A DNA stretch of 64,000 nucleotides from Callorhinchus milii (lineage: Eukaryota). Position numbers and translations under genes: made by a program. The notes under the pieces were generated by a model, which saw only the letters and a program-made list of their open reading frames with translations, was not told where the DNA came from and ran no database searches. This document shows, in pieces, positions 12,135 through 25,765 of the stretch; position 1 is the first letter of the stretch; each line of letters starts with the position of its first letter. The stretch covers positions 15,872,001 to 15,936,000 of the forward strand of contig NW_024704755.1 in NCBI RefSeq assembly GCF_018977255.1, written 5' to 3'.

Positions 12135-12455
12135 ATAATAATAATAATAATAATAATAATGTTGCATTTGATATAGTGCTTCCCAAAGGACGTCCCAAAT
12201 CGCTTCACAGAACACACTGTAAAGTGAATTGACTGTATATTTGTGGGCAAAAACGGCAGCCAATCACGCACAGCAAGGTTTCACAAACAGTCGTGGATTG
12301 AAGTGACCATTTTTTTTTCTGGAGGGATGATTATCAGGCGTGTGGACTAACAAAACTTGCCCAAGATTTCCTGCTGGAAATTGAACCCTGGCCTCTCGCT
12401 TGCAAGGCCTCTCGCTTGCAAGGCCAGTGCTCTAACCACCGAGCAACAGGACTCC
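12135..12455 (-). mobile_element. tRNA-derived SINE, 40 nt after the stop codon of receptor A
   Basis: Reverse complement of the 9532-9854 element; contains a 16-bp tandem duplication at 12391-12422. Confidence 0.85.
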
Positions 12456-13609
12456 GAATGTTACAATGATAGGTACAGAAGCTTAGTAGAGTACAGTACA
12501 GTATTAGTAATTCGATATAATTTGCAGTAATGCCTTACATTGCTAGTCTATAGCATCTGTCAAACACAACTATAGTTATTTGTGTCTTTAATCATTTCAG
12601 GCAGTTTCTTGTAGAAAAGTAGTCCTGGTTACATTTATTGCTGGACTTAAGTACTGATCAATGACATTTTATATTTATCTATTAAATCTAACTGGTGAAT
12701 TCTTTAATTCAGAAAGTGAACATTAAACAAGCCTCAAAAGCACAAACAATACTCAGTTTAAATATGTTTGGCATCATACTGTATTGTGTTTTATCACCTC
12801 TTTCAAAGTCATGCCTTATCATGTTCAATGAACATTTTCAATGAAGAACAATTCTGAAGCATAAATCATGTAATTTCTCCTTTAATTGGATTGTTTTTTC
12901 CATTTTCATGAAGTAATATGTGGTGTGGCTTGCAACCTGGTTAACAAAATATCAAAATAGCTCAAAATAGCTTAACTGATCTTCCAGCCGTGAAAAGTTT
13001 GATGTGTGGGTGTTCTACCCGTGAAGTATTGCTAAATGTACCTGACAGGAAGTAATTGGGCTCTCACTCATGTTGTTTTTGTGATAACTGTTCGATGATA
13101 CTGACACTAAATTATTCTGTTGCAAGTGTCTTCAATTCTCAGGCTAAATACAGAGTGCGGTTTTATGAACTTTTCTTTACCATTTCTGCATTATTCAGCA
13201 GTGTCTAGGCAGTTGCAGCTAATAGGCCTAAATTCTACCTATTGTCAGTCTTTAAGACTAATATATTTTTACAATTTAAGATTAATATATATTACAATGT
13301 GTAGACATTGCAACAGTTATAATCAGTTTTAATTTGAATGTCATTCCTTGTTAAGAATTACTGGAAACTGACTTCCTAGACTGTATTGAAGAATCTTGTA
13401 TGTTAGGCTAAATCTAAATGTAATTACAGGCCTCATGTTTCAGGGTTATGCAATCACAGACAGGTCATGACACTTCAAGAATAAACTCATTCTGCACATC
13501 TTTTTGTATTCTCTTTCATTATTTGTACACTCTATTGGATTCTACAGTGGGTTCACTTCAAACTCAAAATACTTAGGTTAAGTTGTTTGACACTATTGGC
13601 ACATGTTAA

Positions 13610-13970
13610 GTGGAGTCCTGTAGCTCAGCAGTTAGAGCACTTGCCTCGCTAATGAGAACTGGGTTCTATTCCTGGCAGGGTGAAATGTTGGGAAAGTTTC
13701 CTTACTCCACATGCCTCTTTGTTTTCTTAGCAGTAAATAAGAACCTGATTTTTAGTCGATTGACTATTCCAGGGTAATAATTCCTTCAACAAAAAGAAAT
13801 CGGTCACTTCAATCCACAACTGTTTGTGGGAAACTGCTGTGCACAAATGGCTGCCATATTTCACCCACAAAATATACAGTCAATTCACTTCACCGTGTAT
13901 TCTGTGAAGCACTTTGAGGCATCTCAAAGACATGATAAGGCTCTATATCAAATGCAAGGATTATTATTAT
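13610..13970 (+). mobile_element. tRNA-derived SINE
   Basis: Head gtggagtcctgtagctcag, shared body, (ATT)n tail. Confidence 0.85.
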
Positions 13971-16529
13971 AAATATAGGTGGTTTCGCATTACCTGTGTC
14001 ACCCATGATACAATTATTACTTCTGCTTTGGCGACAGGTGTAGGACACCGCGGTCCTGGCTGTCACTCCAGTATATTGCTGGGGAAATGCTGCAATTTTT
14101 GATGGATAAGTCTCTATGATGTCCACTCTGCCTATTCTGCATGTTAAAAATCTCATTACTTTATTCCAAAAAAGAAGCTTCTGTCGCTGTCCTGCTGAGT
14201 TGTCAATCCTCTAATGGTTGTTTGTACAATTTTGCTGTGCATAAAATTGCTGTCACGTTTGCTTACAAAATAAAGTCACTTTAATTAACAGTAATTAGTG
14301 CAGATCCTTTGTGGTTTTTCGATTCTATAGGCGCTTTAAACAGGAAAGGATTTTTTCTGCATAAGGAATATCCCCCTCTCCTACGCCCCATGTAAGGATG
14401 AGATGTTCTGGCCCAAAGCGCCAAATTGGGTACAGATAACAGTGGCTCTAACAGTATGTGACTCCAACACAAACCAGTAACAGGTTTAGGAAAGGAAACC
14501 CATGTGAGCCAGTGGAAAGGTGAAGGATATAGATGCGGTTTGAAGTTTTTAAAGTCAACGCTATATTTTGTGCTTGTAAGCGAAAAATAACATTAAAACG
14601 TGATTATTTCTTGGAAGACGTATGTTATATGGTAGGTGTGAATTGAGAGGTCACGTAACACCGCCCCCGTGTGATATTTCATGTTTAATAACCTGTTGCG
14701 GGGGCCGCACAGCTGTGAACTTGATTTTCTGTACTCAGGGCTTCTTCTACATATACAAAACCACTTGTGAGACGTACTTTTTCGCATCTCATACCCATCT
14801 GCTCAAACAGTTTTCATTTAACACAACGAACCAAACGTATAACACGTAGCTTTACAGACCATGAGGAACATTTGGAAACATGCTGACGTGCCCTGGTACA
14901 GAGAGAGCGTTTGTAAAGCAGATGAAAAGCTGAACAGAAGCAGAAATACTCCGAATTAAGAGAGCGCGGAATTAGCAGAACAGAGAGAAACGCAGCGCTG
15001 CACACAAAAGCCAAAGTGAAATAACCATTGATAATATGTTATTAAAATGTACAATTAAATACTCTGAAACCTTTTCTTGTAACATCCTTCATGTTGTCAC
15101 CTATTTATTCGCATCCTCTACTGAACACGCGTTGTTGGTTACGGCTCTTTGGGTATCAGCAAATACATCGCAAACTGACCATTCATTGCGGGTTAGCCCA
15201 GGCTCCAAATATGGTATATTCCGCAGAACAAAACATCTAATTATTATCTGTTAAGTTAAGTTATTATCTGAAATCTTCCGCTCTGGGCTTGACATAGAAC
15301 CCGTTTCTTTCCCACAGACATCGGCACACGTTCACTTTCCACCATTAACTGTTGTTTGGGTCATTGCGGGGAAACTGCCTTCAGCTCTGATGTCAAATGC
15401 AGCGCAGCCCAGTGTCACCTGAACTAATAACAGCCTCTGATCACAAGCCTTGGCTGGAATTGAGCCTGGAATCTTCTCCTGTTTTACTTGTTCCCGACTG
15501 GGAATTTTCAACCTGAGGAGACATTGCAATATGTTTTGCCTTCTTGCATAGTTTTACAATGATTATTGATTTATAAAAGCCTTTAACCAGAAGATTGATT
15601 CTATAATTTAAACATATTTCTGGCTGTGCAGCGTTCCTGACTTATTTTAATGTGTTAGGAATAGGAGTTGGGGTATATTTGCAATCAAATAATAACACTC
15701 TAAGCATACCGCAGAAACTTGAAACGTAACTATAGCGCCTGACACTTTTCTTACAACGACATAGATTGTTTTCGTCATTGGATTCAAGTTCCGTTCACTG
15801 AATCTCCTTCGTCACTGAAGCACAGTACATTGTTTACAGTCATTTGGAGTTTGTTATTGTATTTGTACTGCATTTAACTCCTGCCCATCGAGACCTCTGC
15901 TCGCTTCGCCCTTATCTTTTCTGGGGGCAGCCTGACTAACACATCACATATGAATTTCCAAACGAGAATCGAAAATATCCATGCTTCAGAGGATCCAAAC
16001 TAAAAATTCAACACATGATCCTACCAACACATGGAAATTTCTCTGTGTTCAAGTGAATGCAACAACAACAACTTGGATTTATGTAGCGCCCTCCACGCCG
16101 GACGGCGTCTCAGACCGCTTCACAGTAACGGATCCTGGGGCTGAGCCAGAGGGAGGGGGAGGAAGGTGACCAAAGGCACGGTCGAAATGCACACCCTCTG
16201 CATGGATGCATGGATCCTGCCTACCTCATTCCAGAGAGCATAAGTATGTGTTGGCAAGAGCCAAGGTCTGGGAACCCAGTAGTGTGCATTGGAATATTGC
16301 TTGAGTTTAATCAACTAACCCTACATAGCTTGTCATTAAAACTCTGTCTGATAAGGTTCTTCACTGCTTGTCCAATTTGGACCACCCACCCATTAGGATT
16401 TTGGCTCATGGGTATAAAAAGAGTTGCAGAAAGAATCCCTGTCCCTAATGACATGTCTGCCTCTTTATGTCCTATTGATGAGCCGATATCAACACCAGTG
16501 TCTTAATACTTGCATTTATACAGTACCCT

Positions 16530-17500
16530 TCACATGGGGTAGTTTCTTGGAGTGCTTAAAAGTCGCAGAGCCTGATACTGAGTCAGGCGAGGGAGGAGGT
16601 AAGCCATGATCTGAAAGGGGGGAAGGAGGAGACAAGGTGGAAGAATTGAGTGAGAGAGTACAAAAGTTTTGGGGTATAAGTAGCTGAAAGCATGATCACC
16701 AATGGTGGAGCAGACGGAACAAGGGACAAGCAGGAGGCCAGATCAAGCAGTTTGGAGGCAGTGGATGATGGAGTGGGGAGTAAGCAGGGTGGAGAGGTAG
16801 GGATTGAGGTGCCAGGGCACAAAGTGATTTGTCAATGATTGTGAGGATCTTGAAGTTGATCCGTTCTGTGATATGGAGCTAATGGAGCCTACCAAGGACT
16901 GGTGTGATGGGGCTACAAACGTTAGTGCGGGTGAACAGTGGAGGTTTGAATTAGTTGGATTTTGTGGATAGTGCAGCTGGGGAAACTGGCAATGAATTGG
17001 AATAGTCGAAATAGGAGGTGATGATTGTGTGAATAAGGGTTTTGGCTGTATTTGGTGTGAGGTATGGTTGGAGGCAGGCAATGTGATGGAGGTGGAGAAA
17101 AGTGATCCTGGTCAGAGATAGCTGGGGATTGATCCTGCCGTCTAGGTTACGAACAAGTTCAGTAATTCTTAGGGAAAGGCCAATGAGGTCTGAGCCACAT
17201 GAGAGAAGAGAATGATGGGAGCTAAGGAGTATGGCTTCCATCTTGTTGACATTCAGCTGCAATAATTTTGTTCTCATGCAGGCATTGTTGTCTGACAAAA
17301 AAGAACATCAGTACTCCTGGAGTCACAGCTGGAGGATGAGAAGTAGATTTGGGTGTCATTCGCATACATGTGGAAGTTGACCCCATGTCTGGGGATGATA
17401 TTGCCTAAAGGAGGCAGGCAAATGAGAAAAAGAAGGGGTCCAAGAATGGAGACTTGGGGTATGCCACAGGTGACTGGGAGGGTCGTGAGGAAATCACATT
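16530..17500 (-). mobile_element. Degenerate L2 LINE fragment
   Basis: Minus-strand LLQLNVNKMEAILL, LVRNL, TAKTLIHT..FDYSNSL. Confidence 0.8.
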
Positions 17501-18339
17501 TGAAGAAAACCTGAAGGAATTAAACCATTTTGGGATTCTAACCATTTGATAATGTACTAAATCATTTGAAGAACAAGGAACATTACATCTCACAAAGTCC
17601 TTCCACTGTGCCCATTAAGTAATTCCAGGTCATTGCTTGTTGGGTTGCATTAAAAGCAAATATTTTTGGAAGTTTCAGTTATTGTTGTGGAGAATATCTG
17701 CATTTCTCAAAGTCATATCTGGAATTTTTTGTTGATTATCCTGTTGGTCATATGCTTAAATTAATGAAACAAATAAATAACAGAGGAATGTAAAATTCCC
17801 TTACAATGATGTATATATTGTTGTTATAATGATGAATATTTAATATTTTGAATAGTTTAGATTGATCTGCTGACAATTTGTAAAAGGATTGATTTGGTGA
17901 AAAACCTGCAGCGACACCTTATGGTATTATAAGGGACAGGAGGGTTCCAGAGACACATGAAACTTACATTAGTTCCATCAATATCTACCAATAGGAAACA
18001 AAGAGATTATTTAGTAAGTATATCGTCAGGTAATTAAAGAAGTCATTCAAATTACACCTTTCATAGGATTTATTGTGTATTTTATGAGCTAATGTGGCAG
18101 CCAATATTCGCACTGTTTGCTGCACTTGGTGACGTTTCCTCACTAAGTGACACATATAAGTGACAATAATTCAACAGTGTATACACACAACTGTCATGTT
18201 AATAAGTTATTTTGTTATCTTAGTGCATTTAACATCAGCTATTCTCCTTTAGGAAAAATACAGATTTCCATAGAGAGGCAAGCAGATTGTATTGATCAGA
18301 TCCTTTTTATAAGGTCTCGTTTGCAATAACTGTAAGGAA

Positions 18340-19066
18340 CCAATCTTCTCCAATGCTATTCCTGCCCTCACCCCTTCTGCTCAGCTAATTCGAGTTTGCT
18401 GTGTGTGCATCCTTACCCTGCTCTGCACCACCAAATAAGGCTGAGCCTTCAGTTCCTTCCCTGTACTTGCTGCAACATCCTCCCCACCACCAACAATCTC
18501 TCACACTGTCTTTAAATCCCGCCTCAAATCCTACCTCTTCAAATGTGCCCATGGCCACCTCCTACCTTCCCCACACCACGCCCACCCCTCCCCCGCCATC
18601 CCATTCCCCCTTGATTAGCATCTAATCCCGTTCATTCCAATCCTATCCTTCAGAGGATCCAGTTCAAGATCCTGGTCATCACCTACAAAGCCCTCCATGG
18701 CCTTGCCCCACTACCTCTGCAACCTCCTAAGCCCCTACCAACCCGCCCACTCCCTTCGCTCAGCTGGCTCCGACCTGATCCATGTCCCTCGAGCCACTCA
18801 CCCCACCATTGGCAAGAGAGCCTTCAGCCACTCTGCCCCAACCTCTGGAATTCCATTCCCCAATCACTCCACTTCACCCCCTCCTTCAAGTCCTGCCTCA
18901 AGACTCGCCACTTCAACCATGCCATTGGTGAGCCCCCTTCCCCTCCCCTCCCTTCTCCGTCCCTGACCCCAGCTCGGGTCTGAAATGCAGTTCACTGTCC
19001 AGCGCCTTAGGACATCCTCCCGACATGAAAGGTGCTATACAAATGTAATCTTGTTGCTGTTGTTGT
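18340..19066 (+). mobile_element. L2 LINE 3' fragment
   Basis: ggatccagttcaagatcc and LRS..DL.HVP..THPTIG.RAFS-like segment; tail ..aaatgtaatcttgttgctgttg. Confidence 0.8.
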
Positions 19067-19317
19067 TTAATGCACTCTGAGGCAATACCCTACATAAACA
19101 GCGTTATATAAATGCACATTGCTGTTGTTGTTGAGTAATGCCAGTAGACTGTCACCATTTACTGCTCTATTGACTGTCTATTGGTGCTGAAAACACATTT
19201 CTGCATGGAAAAGAGATTTCTCCCATATTCCTAGACAACAATCCCCTAAATAATATTGGTCATTACTTCATAAGCTATTATGGTACGTGGCTGTATGTCA
19301 ACTGGCTGACTTGTTTG

Positions 19318-20700
19318 CAACAAAACAACAACAAAATTACATTTATAGAGCGCCTTTCACATTGGGAAGATATCCCAAAGCGCTGAATGGTCAGGTGTTG
19401 GGGCCCAAGCATGGAGGAGGGGTGGTGAGAAGTGGGAAGATTACCAAGGGCACGATCGACGAGAAGGGTCTTGAGACCGGCCTTGAAGGAGGTGAGGGAG
19501 GAAGTGAGGCGAAGGGACTGTAGGGTGGAGTTCCAGAGTGTGGGGGCAGAGAGGCTGAAAGCCCGGCCACCAATGGTAGGGTGGGTCGGGTGGGAGACAT
19601 GGAGCAGGCCGGGGCCTACTGAACGGAGGGAGCGGGCAGGTTGGTAGAGAGTCAGCAGATCAGAGAGGTAGGAGGGAGCAAGGCCATGGATGACATTGAA
19701 AGTGAGGATGAGGATCTTGAACTCAATCCTCTGGGGGAATGGGGAGCCAGTGGAGTCGGGCGAAGGTGGGAGTGATGGGGTCATGGAGCCTGGTGCGCAA
19801 AACTGCATGAGCTGCAGAGTTTTGGATGATCTGCAGCTTGTGAAGGGAAGAGCTTCGAAGGCCGATGAGGAGGGAGTTCCCTGTAATTGAGCCTTGATGT
19901 GACAAATGTGTGGATGAGGGTTTCAGCAGCCTGCGGAGTGAGGCAGTGGCGGAGTCTGGCAATGTTGCAGAAGTGGTGGTAGGTAGTGTGGTTCATGGCA
20001 TGGATGTGGGGGAGAAAGGACAGTTCAGGGTCAAACAAGACACCCAGGTTCCTGACTGGCTTAGTGAGGTTGAGTGTGCAGAGGCTGATGCTGTCAGTGC
20101 CCGAGATGTGGAGGCCCTGACGTGAGCCATTCAGGAGGGCCTCGGTCTTGCTGACGTTGAGTTGGAGAAAGTTGTCCTTCGTCCAGGACTTGATGTCGGA
20201 CAGGCAGTCGGTCAGGACACCAGTAGTTCTGCAGTTGAGACTGTCATCCACATACAGATGGAAATTTACCCCATGTCTCCGGCCTTTGGGACATCCTCCC
20301 CACGTGAAAAGCACTCTATAAATGTAATTTTGTTGTTGTTGTTGAAGGGGGGAGCATGTAGAGTGTGAAGAGGAGGGACTGAGGACAGAGCCCTGAAGGT
20401 CACTGCATGAGATGGTGCAGAGGCTGGAGGAGAAGACGTTCGCTGCAACGAAGTGGAGGCAGTGTTAAAGGTAGGACCTGAACAAGTCAAGGACAGAACC
20501 TTGAAGGTTGAGGTGGGCGGAGAGGTGGTGAAGGAGGAATGAATGGTCCACGGTGTCAAAGATGGCGGCGAGGACGAGGAGGCAGAGGGAGACCTGATCA
20601 CACATAGTCAGGATGTCATTTATGATCTTGACCAGAGCAGTTTCCGATTGGAGGGGTTCATGGAGGGAATGGGAGAAGAGGTCATTGCTAACAGTCATTG
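19318..20700 (-). mobile_element. L2 LINE ORF2 3' region, frameshifted
   Basis: FDTVDHSFLLHHL, FHLYVDDS, FLQLNVSKTEALL, RIEFKILILTF, GRAFSLSAPTLWN; tail at about 19320-19390. Confidence 0.9.
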
Positions 20701-21484
20701 CTCTTTACAGTAAATCCTGTGAAGTACTTTCAGTTGCACTTCTCAAGTGAAATCAATGTATCAAATTAAATTATTACTTCAGACATATGTGAGCCTTTTT
20801 TCTGCTGCTAATAGGATGTACTTTTTTCTTGTCACAGTTTCAGTCCATTCTTGTCCATTGTGAATTCCTCTCACCGCAAGTTTTCCATTTCCTAGACCCA
20901 CAGAAAGGGAAATCAGTGTCACATTGATAAGAACATTGATATTGCATAGCAATCAATCTGCAAACTGTGAAAAGATAGGGAACTTGGTGATTGATTTCAT
21001 CCTGAACATTAGCATTGGCGGATCTTAACTTCCAGCTATTTCCTGGAATCACTTCTGAGTTCACGATTTTGGGCTGGAGGAATAGCATACAGATCACGGA
21101 TCTAAAATGAGGGTTAAAAGGCACCTCCCTGGAAAGCCTTTTGATCAGGTCATTTTCGGAACTGAAGCAATAAAGGTGGGGCTTGTCTGTGGGGGAGCCA
21201 GAAGAGCTGCTTTGCAGAGACGATTCTATTGCTGCGTTAAAATCTCCAATCGCTAAGAACACTATCGCTTTTACTCGAGTGAGACTTCCATAGATAATCT
21301 GTCTGCCAGTAAACCTGACTGTAGTCAAGAGTAAGCGTTCTGCTTGCGAATAGACTGAATGCAATTAAATAATTTGAGAAATCATCACTGAAACTCGATG
21401 TGTCTGAATAGGATCCAGCTGATAGTTGGAGTCAGGTAAAACTCAGTTAAGTTTGTGGCACAGACTATATAAGTGATCAGAATC

Positions 21485-24145
21485 ATGACAAGTGTGGTCT
21501 TTCTGTACCTGTTTGCCCTGGAGATTATTTCTACAGGTATGTGTTCATTCTAAACCCCGCTCCTTTAAATTAGTTACCATATAAAACCCTACTCACTCAC
21601 CTTCCTTCTTCTCCTTGCACGAAAGACGATCTAAGAAATCAGTGTTTGTCTTTATTTTCTGACAGTTTCTGGCGATTCTTCGATCGAAGTGACTCAAATC
21701 CCCGACCATGTGGTTGTCATCAGAGGGACAAACGTTACCTTCCGCTGTATCTTTCCCTTCTCACAGGACGGTTCAGGAGTGGATGTGCAGTGGGATAAGG
21801 AGGGTGAGAGCGGGTATTTGGATACAAAGGAGGATAACAGGAAACTATTTGGTGTAAAAACTAAAGGAAGCGCCTTCTTCCAGTTCTTGAATGTGAATTT
21901 ACTGGACTCTGGAGTCTATCGCTGTGCAGTGGTCCGTCAGGAATCAATAATTGGAACAGGACCTGGATCGCGATTAACTGTGTGCGGTGAGTGTTTCACT
22001 TCCATTCTCCACCACATTCCCAATTTGCAGATATTATACAGCATATAATAAACCGGGATGAATGTTTCAAAGGTGTTTATACTGTGCATTTTTGTCGATT
22101 GTCAGCCTTAATATTAATTTCCCGGGGAAACATAAACATGAGTAAGAGCAGCAATCACAGAAAAATCATCAATATACTTTAGGAAATGCGTTTATAATTG
22201 GCATCAGCGCACATCAGCGCGTTGAAATGTATTACATTTGGTTTTATTCCACAATTTATATATATTGTGTTTTAAAATATGTTCAGTGCAAGTCAATGTT
22301 TAATTTCGAACTCTGCACAACTGAAACACAAAACTCAAGATACCACTAAACCAAATTACGATGTTTTATTAATCGTATTCAATGGGGCATTATTTCTTCC
22401 ATGATTTATTTCAGACTACAGCGACCGACACTGTGGGTGTAAATACAGTAATAGAACAAAATGTGATGTATTACATTATGACATGATGGAGCCTTTTGAG
22501 GACTGATAGAATGTAGTTCCTCATCAATTGCTGTATGAGATGTCTTTTCTCTTCGTTTTCAATCTTTAAAGTGCAAAGCTCTCGCTTTTTTATTATTGTT
22601 GTTGCATGCTGCCTACATAATTACTGAACCATCTAGTGAAAAAAAGATAGTCCTAGTGGTACNAAAAATAGTCTTTCATTTATAAAGAGAATGAGAACCA
22701 GCACAACTTGCTTTACTGAAGGCCAGACATTTCTAAAGCTGTGTGCATCTTTGGAATTATTAATAAAAGGGAGGTAGTGTGAATGATATGACTTAAACTT
22801 TATTTTTAAAATACAAAGTTAACAAACCTGAACATAAGCGGAAGTCGGTATGAGTTGGGAGTTGCAAGGAATTGTACACCAATCAAAATAAAATATATTC
22901 CTCCATCTGAGCCCAAATAACGAGAATCTGCACCATTATCTGTTCTGCAGTTCCCCCAACTCCACTGAAGATCTTTTCCAGGGCTCCCGAAAGAAGTTCG
23001 TCTGCATCGTTTTCTCTGGTGTGTGAAACGGCCGCCTTTTACCCCAAAGATTTCACCCTCACCTGGTATAGAAATGCCATCGAAATTATTCCATTGCTGG
23101 GTACAAGTGTGACAAAGATCGTCACTGCTGGACAACCGAATCCGGAGGGACTGTATAAAGTCTCCAGCTCTATGGAAGAGACACAGGTTGTCCAGATCGG
23201 GACTGTTTACACCTGTTTGATATCTCACTTAAGCCTCCGGACTTCAGCCATCGCCACCCACACCGTCACCCAAACTGCTCTGGGTAGGATGCCAACAATC
23301 TTACTGTCTGTTAGGCAGGTGCCAAATATGTTCCACATTGAAGAAGTACTACGGCACGGGTTTCCAGTAACTTTTGTTGAGACTAATTCGTAATTTAACT
23401 GGTAAATTATCTTCCTAAAAGTGGTCATGAATTTCAGGGGAAAAAAACGCAAATATTTTAGCCAACGCTGCTATAAAAAGCGATGGAATGAATATCATCA
23501 TATTTGTAATCAGTATTTTTTAAATCAAGTTACGAGAAATGCAAACTATTTCCTATGTAAGATGATGTTGGCCACGTTTCTGTTTACTTTCTTCCACGTT
23601 TGATTGCAGATTGTAGCTATTTTGAAGTATTTGTTGGTCCTATCCTCTCTGTTTATTGCTCTGCAGGGAATGGGAGTACATCGGTTTATTTCTTCATCTC
23701 TGGCTGTGTGGGGAGCGGATTTACAGTTCTAGTGCTGGCGATACTCATTGGAAAGGTAAGGCAATTAAACACCAACTATTTACATTTACATATCGCCTTT
23801 CCCATCTCAAAAGGCTTCGTACAACTGACGGGAGGAGGGGGGGAGTGGGGGGACGGGTGGAATCCCATCCGAAGAGATAACGCTTAAAGCTATTTTCGAA
23901 GACTGGGAGAGAGAAGAAGAGGACTTCAGTAGCGACACACTTTATGTTTTGCATTTTAGAACATTTTGAATCAAGTGCAAAAAGAGACTGCAGGTACGCA
24001 AAGGCCATATGTATACAACAAAATAATAACACAAGGGGAGACCCTTTTCATGCCCAGCTTTTCTTGTGCACTTATGCGAAAATATGTTCCTTTACAGACT
24101 GTGCAGACATCAGCGGCAATGTCAGGGCAGCGTGAGCTCCAATAA
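21485..24145 (+). CDS. IgSF receptor B: leader-V(J-like)-C1-TM-short tail without Tyr, 280 aa
   Basis: Exons: 21485-21536 (leader MTSVVFLYLFALEIIST), 21666-21986 (V: FRC..QWDK..DSGVYRC..GTGPGSRLTVC), 22951-23283 (C1: [23 protein letters not shown]), 23667-23755 (TM VYFFISGCVGSGFTVLVLAILIGK), 24098-24145 (TVQTSAAMSGQRELQ*). GT-AG, in frame, 843 nt. The last exon is the least certain. Confidence 0.8.
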
Positions 24146-25469
24146 GTGGCTCCTGGGAAACTGCGAGAAACAGCAACAGGTGCACGTACCAAAGTAGGAA
24201 CAAAAAAAGCATTGAAAAAAAAACAACTTTATGCGGTTTCAAGAGTCAAATAACGTTAAACTGCCGATTCAAATGCTGTTCCTAATGAATGGTTTGCAGA
24301 GGTGGTATTTCCCTGTTATTTAAACTGTGTGTTATCTAGAAATGTTCATTTAGAAATTATAATATGGTTCATTTGCAGGGAAATTTAATTTCTTCCTGGC
24401 ATCATTTAACATTGCAGCAGTTAACATTTAATAATTTAATAGAATGCTAGTACTTTTAATTGTGTAAGGAATACTTGCTTAGTACCGTTATATTCATATT
24501 ATTACCAGCAATGCTTTGGAAAGAACAGGTGACGTTCATACTATTGTTTGGCAAAAACAAATACTGATTTGTACACCTGATTGCATACAATAAAGCCTTG
24601 TGAAATACATTTGTCTAATGTAACTCCAAACAAAATATCACATTGTTTGTGCTGTTTTTAGAAGAAATATTCATTTTACTGTGCTAATTTTTATAGGAAT
24701 TTTGAATTTCCAAAAGTAAACCAATAAGGTGAGGTTCCTGGTTCGGTACCGAACACAGTGATCAGATTCATAGTACTAAATCAGACAGAAAAAATACTGA
24801 CACTGTGTCTATCGCCACCGCGACACAAACACACACACATTCAGAAATACAGGAACATGTGGGAAAGATTTCACAGAGATTATTTCACCGAAAATCCTAA
24901 CCTGCCTGTACTTGTATTCCTTCTTCTTCACCCAACTCCAACACAGGTTAAACACACGTACAATCTCAAGAAACACGCAAGAGAATTGCGAGAGAGGAAC
25001 AAGAAAACGGGCAGCGAAAATCGGCTCAAAAAAATAAACCCAGAGCAATGAAATAGGTTTAACTGCAGAGTTAATTTTCGAGGCATTTATTTTAGAAACG
25101 TGTCTATTATTGGTAAAGATTTTTTTTTAAAAATGATTTATGCTGCAACTAAAAGTGTCATTAAACCTCGGCGTCTTGTTGGAAGAGATTGTTAATTGGG
25201 GATGGTTAACGATGTATTAATCTTGGCTTTAACCTCAGCACTGCACGCACAACTTGGTTTTGGTAACTACAATCTATTTCCACATCTTCTTTCCGTTATA
25301 CTGCAATCAAATGACCTACTTTGGTTAGAGCTGCAGTCCACCAGCTAAACCGTATAATTATATCCCCCGGCCAGCCACACGCTTGCAATTGTTTCATATA
25401 GGTTTAAAGTGGACATAAAACAAATTATAATACCAATCATTGCATTTGATATCGCGCCTTATCTTCGAA

Positions 25470-25765
25470 ACGCCTCAAAGCTCTTCACGGAATCTGCTGT
25501 CAATTTAATTGACTGTATGTTTTGTGGGCGAAACGTATTTAATGTATAGAAAATAAATGCATAGAAATAAAAAATAAGTTAATTCATTATATTGCTTTAC
25601 ATTTGTAGATTTTGTTTTGTTTCACGCCTCAAAGCTCTTCACGGAATCTGCTGTCAATTTAATTGACTGTATGTTTTGTGGGCGAAACGTGTGTAATGTA
25701 TAGAAAATAAATGCATAGAAATAAAAAATAAGTTAATTCATTATATTGCTTTACATTTGTAGATT
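25470..25765. repeat. 142-bp near-perfect tandem direct duplication (period 154)
   Basis: 25470-25611 matches 25624-25765 apart from about 3 substitutions. Confidence 0.9.

Noticed and set aside
20840-21364. 174-aa minus-strand ORF containing GDFNA (APE endonuclease-like)
   Set aside because: No other endonuclease motifs or recognisable domain; a few ORFs of this length are expected by chance in 64 kb.
12460-21400. A fourth receptor paralogue or pseudogene between A and B (CpG-rich patch at 14.8-15.3 kb, ETS motif near 13045)
   Set aside because: No leader, V, C1 or TM exon recognised by eye or in the ORF track. A tBLASTn could still reveal decayed remnants.
21466-21472. TATATAA upstream of receptor B
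   Set aside because: Only 12 nt before the ATG, too close to direct a start site upstream of the start codon.
24758-25051. 97-aa ORF downstream of receptor B as a possible cytoplasmic exon
   Set aside because: No ITIM/ITSM register like gene A, weak splice sites, and overlap with a CA-rich tract.
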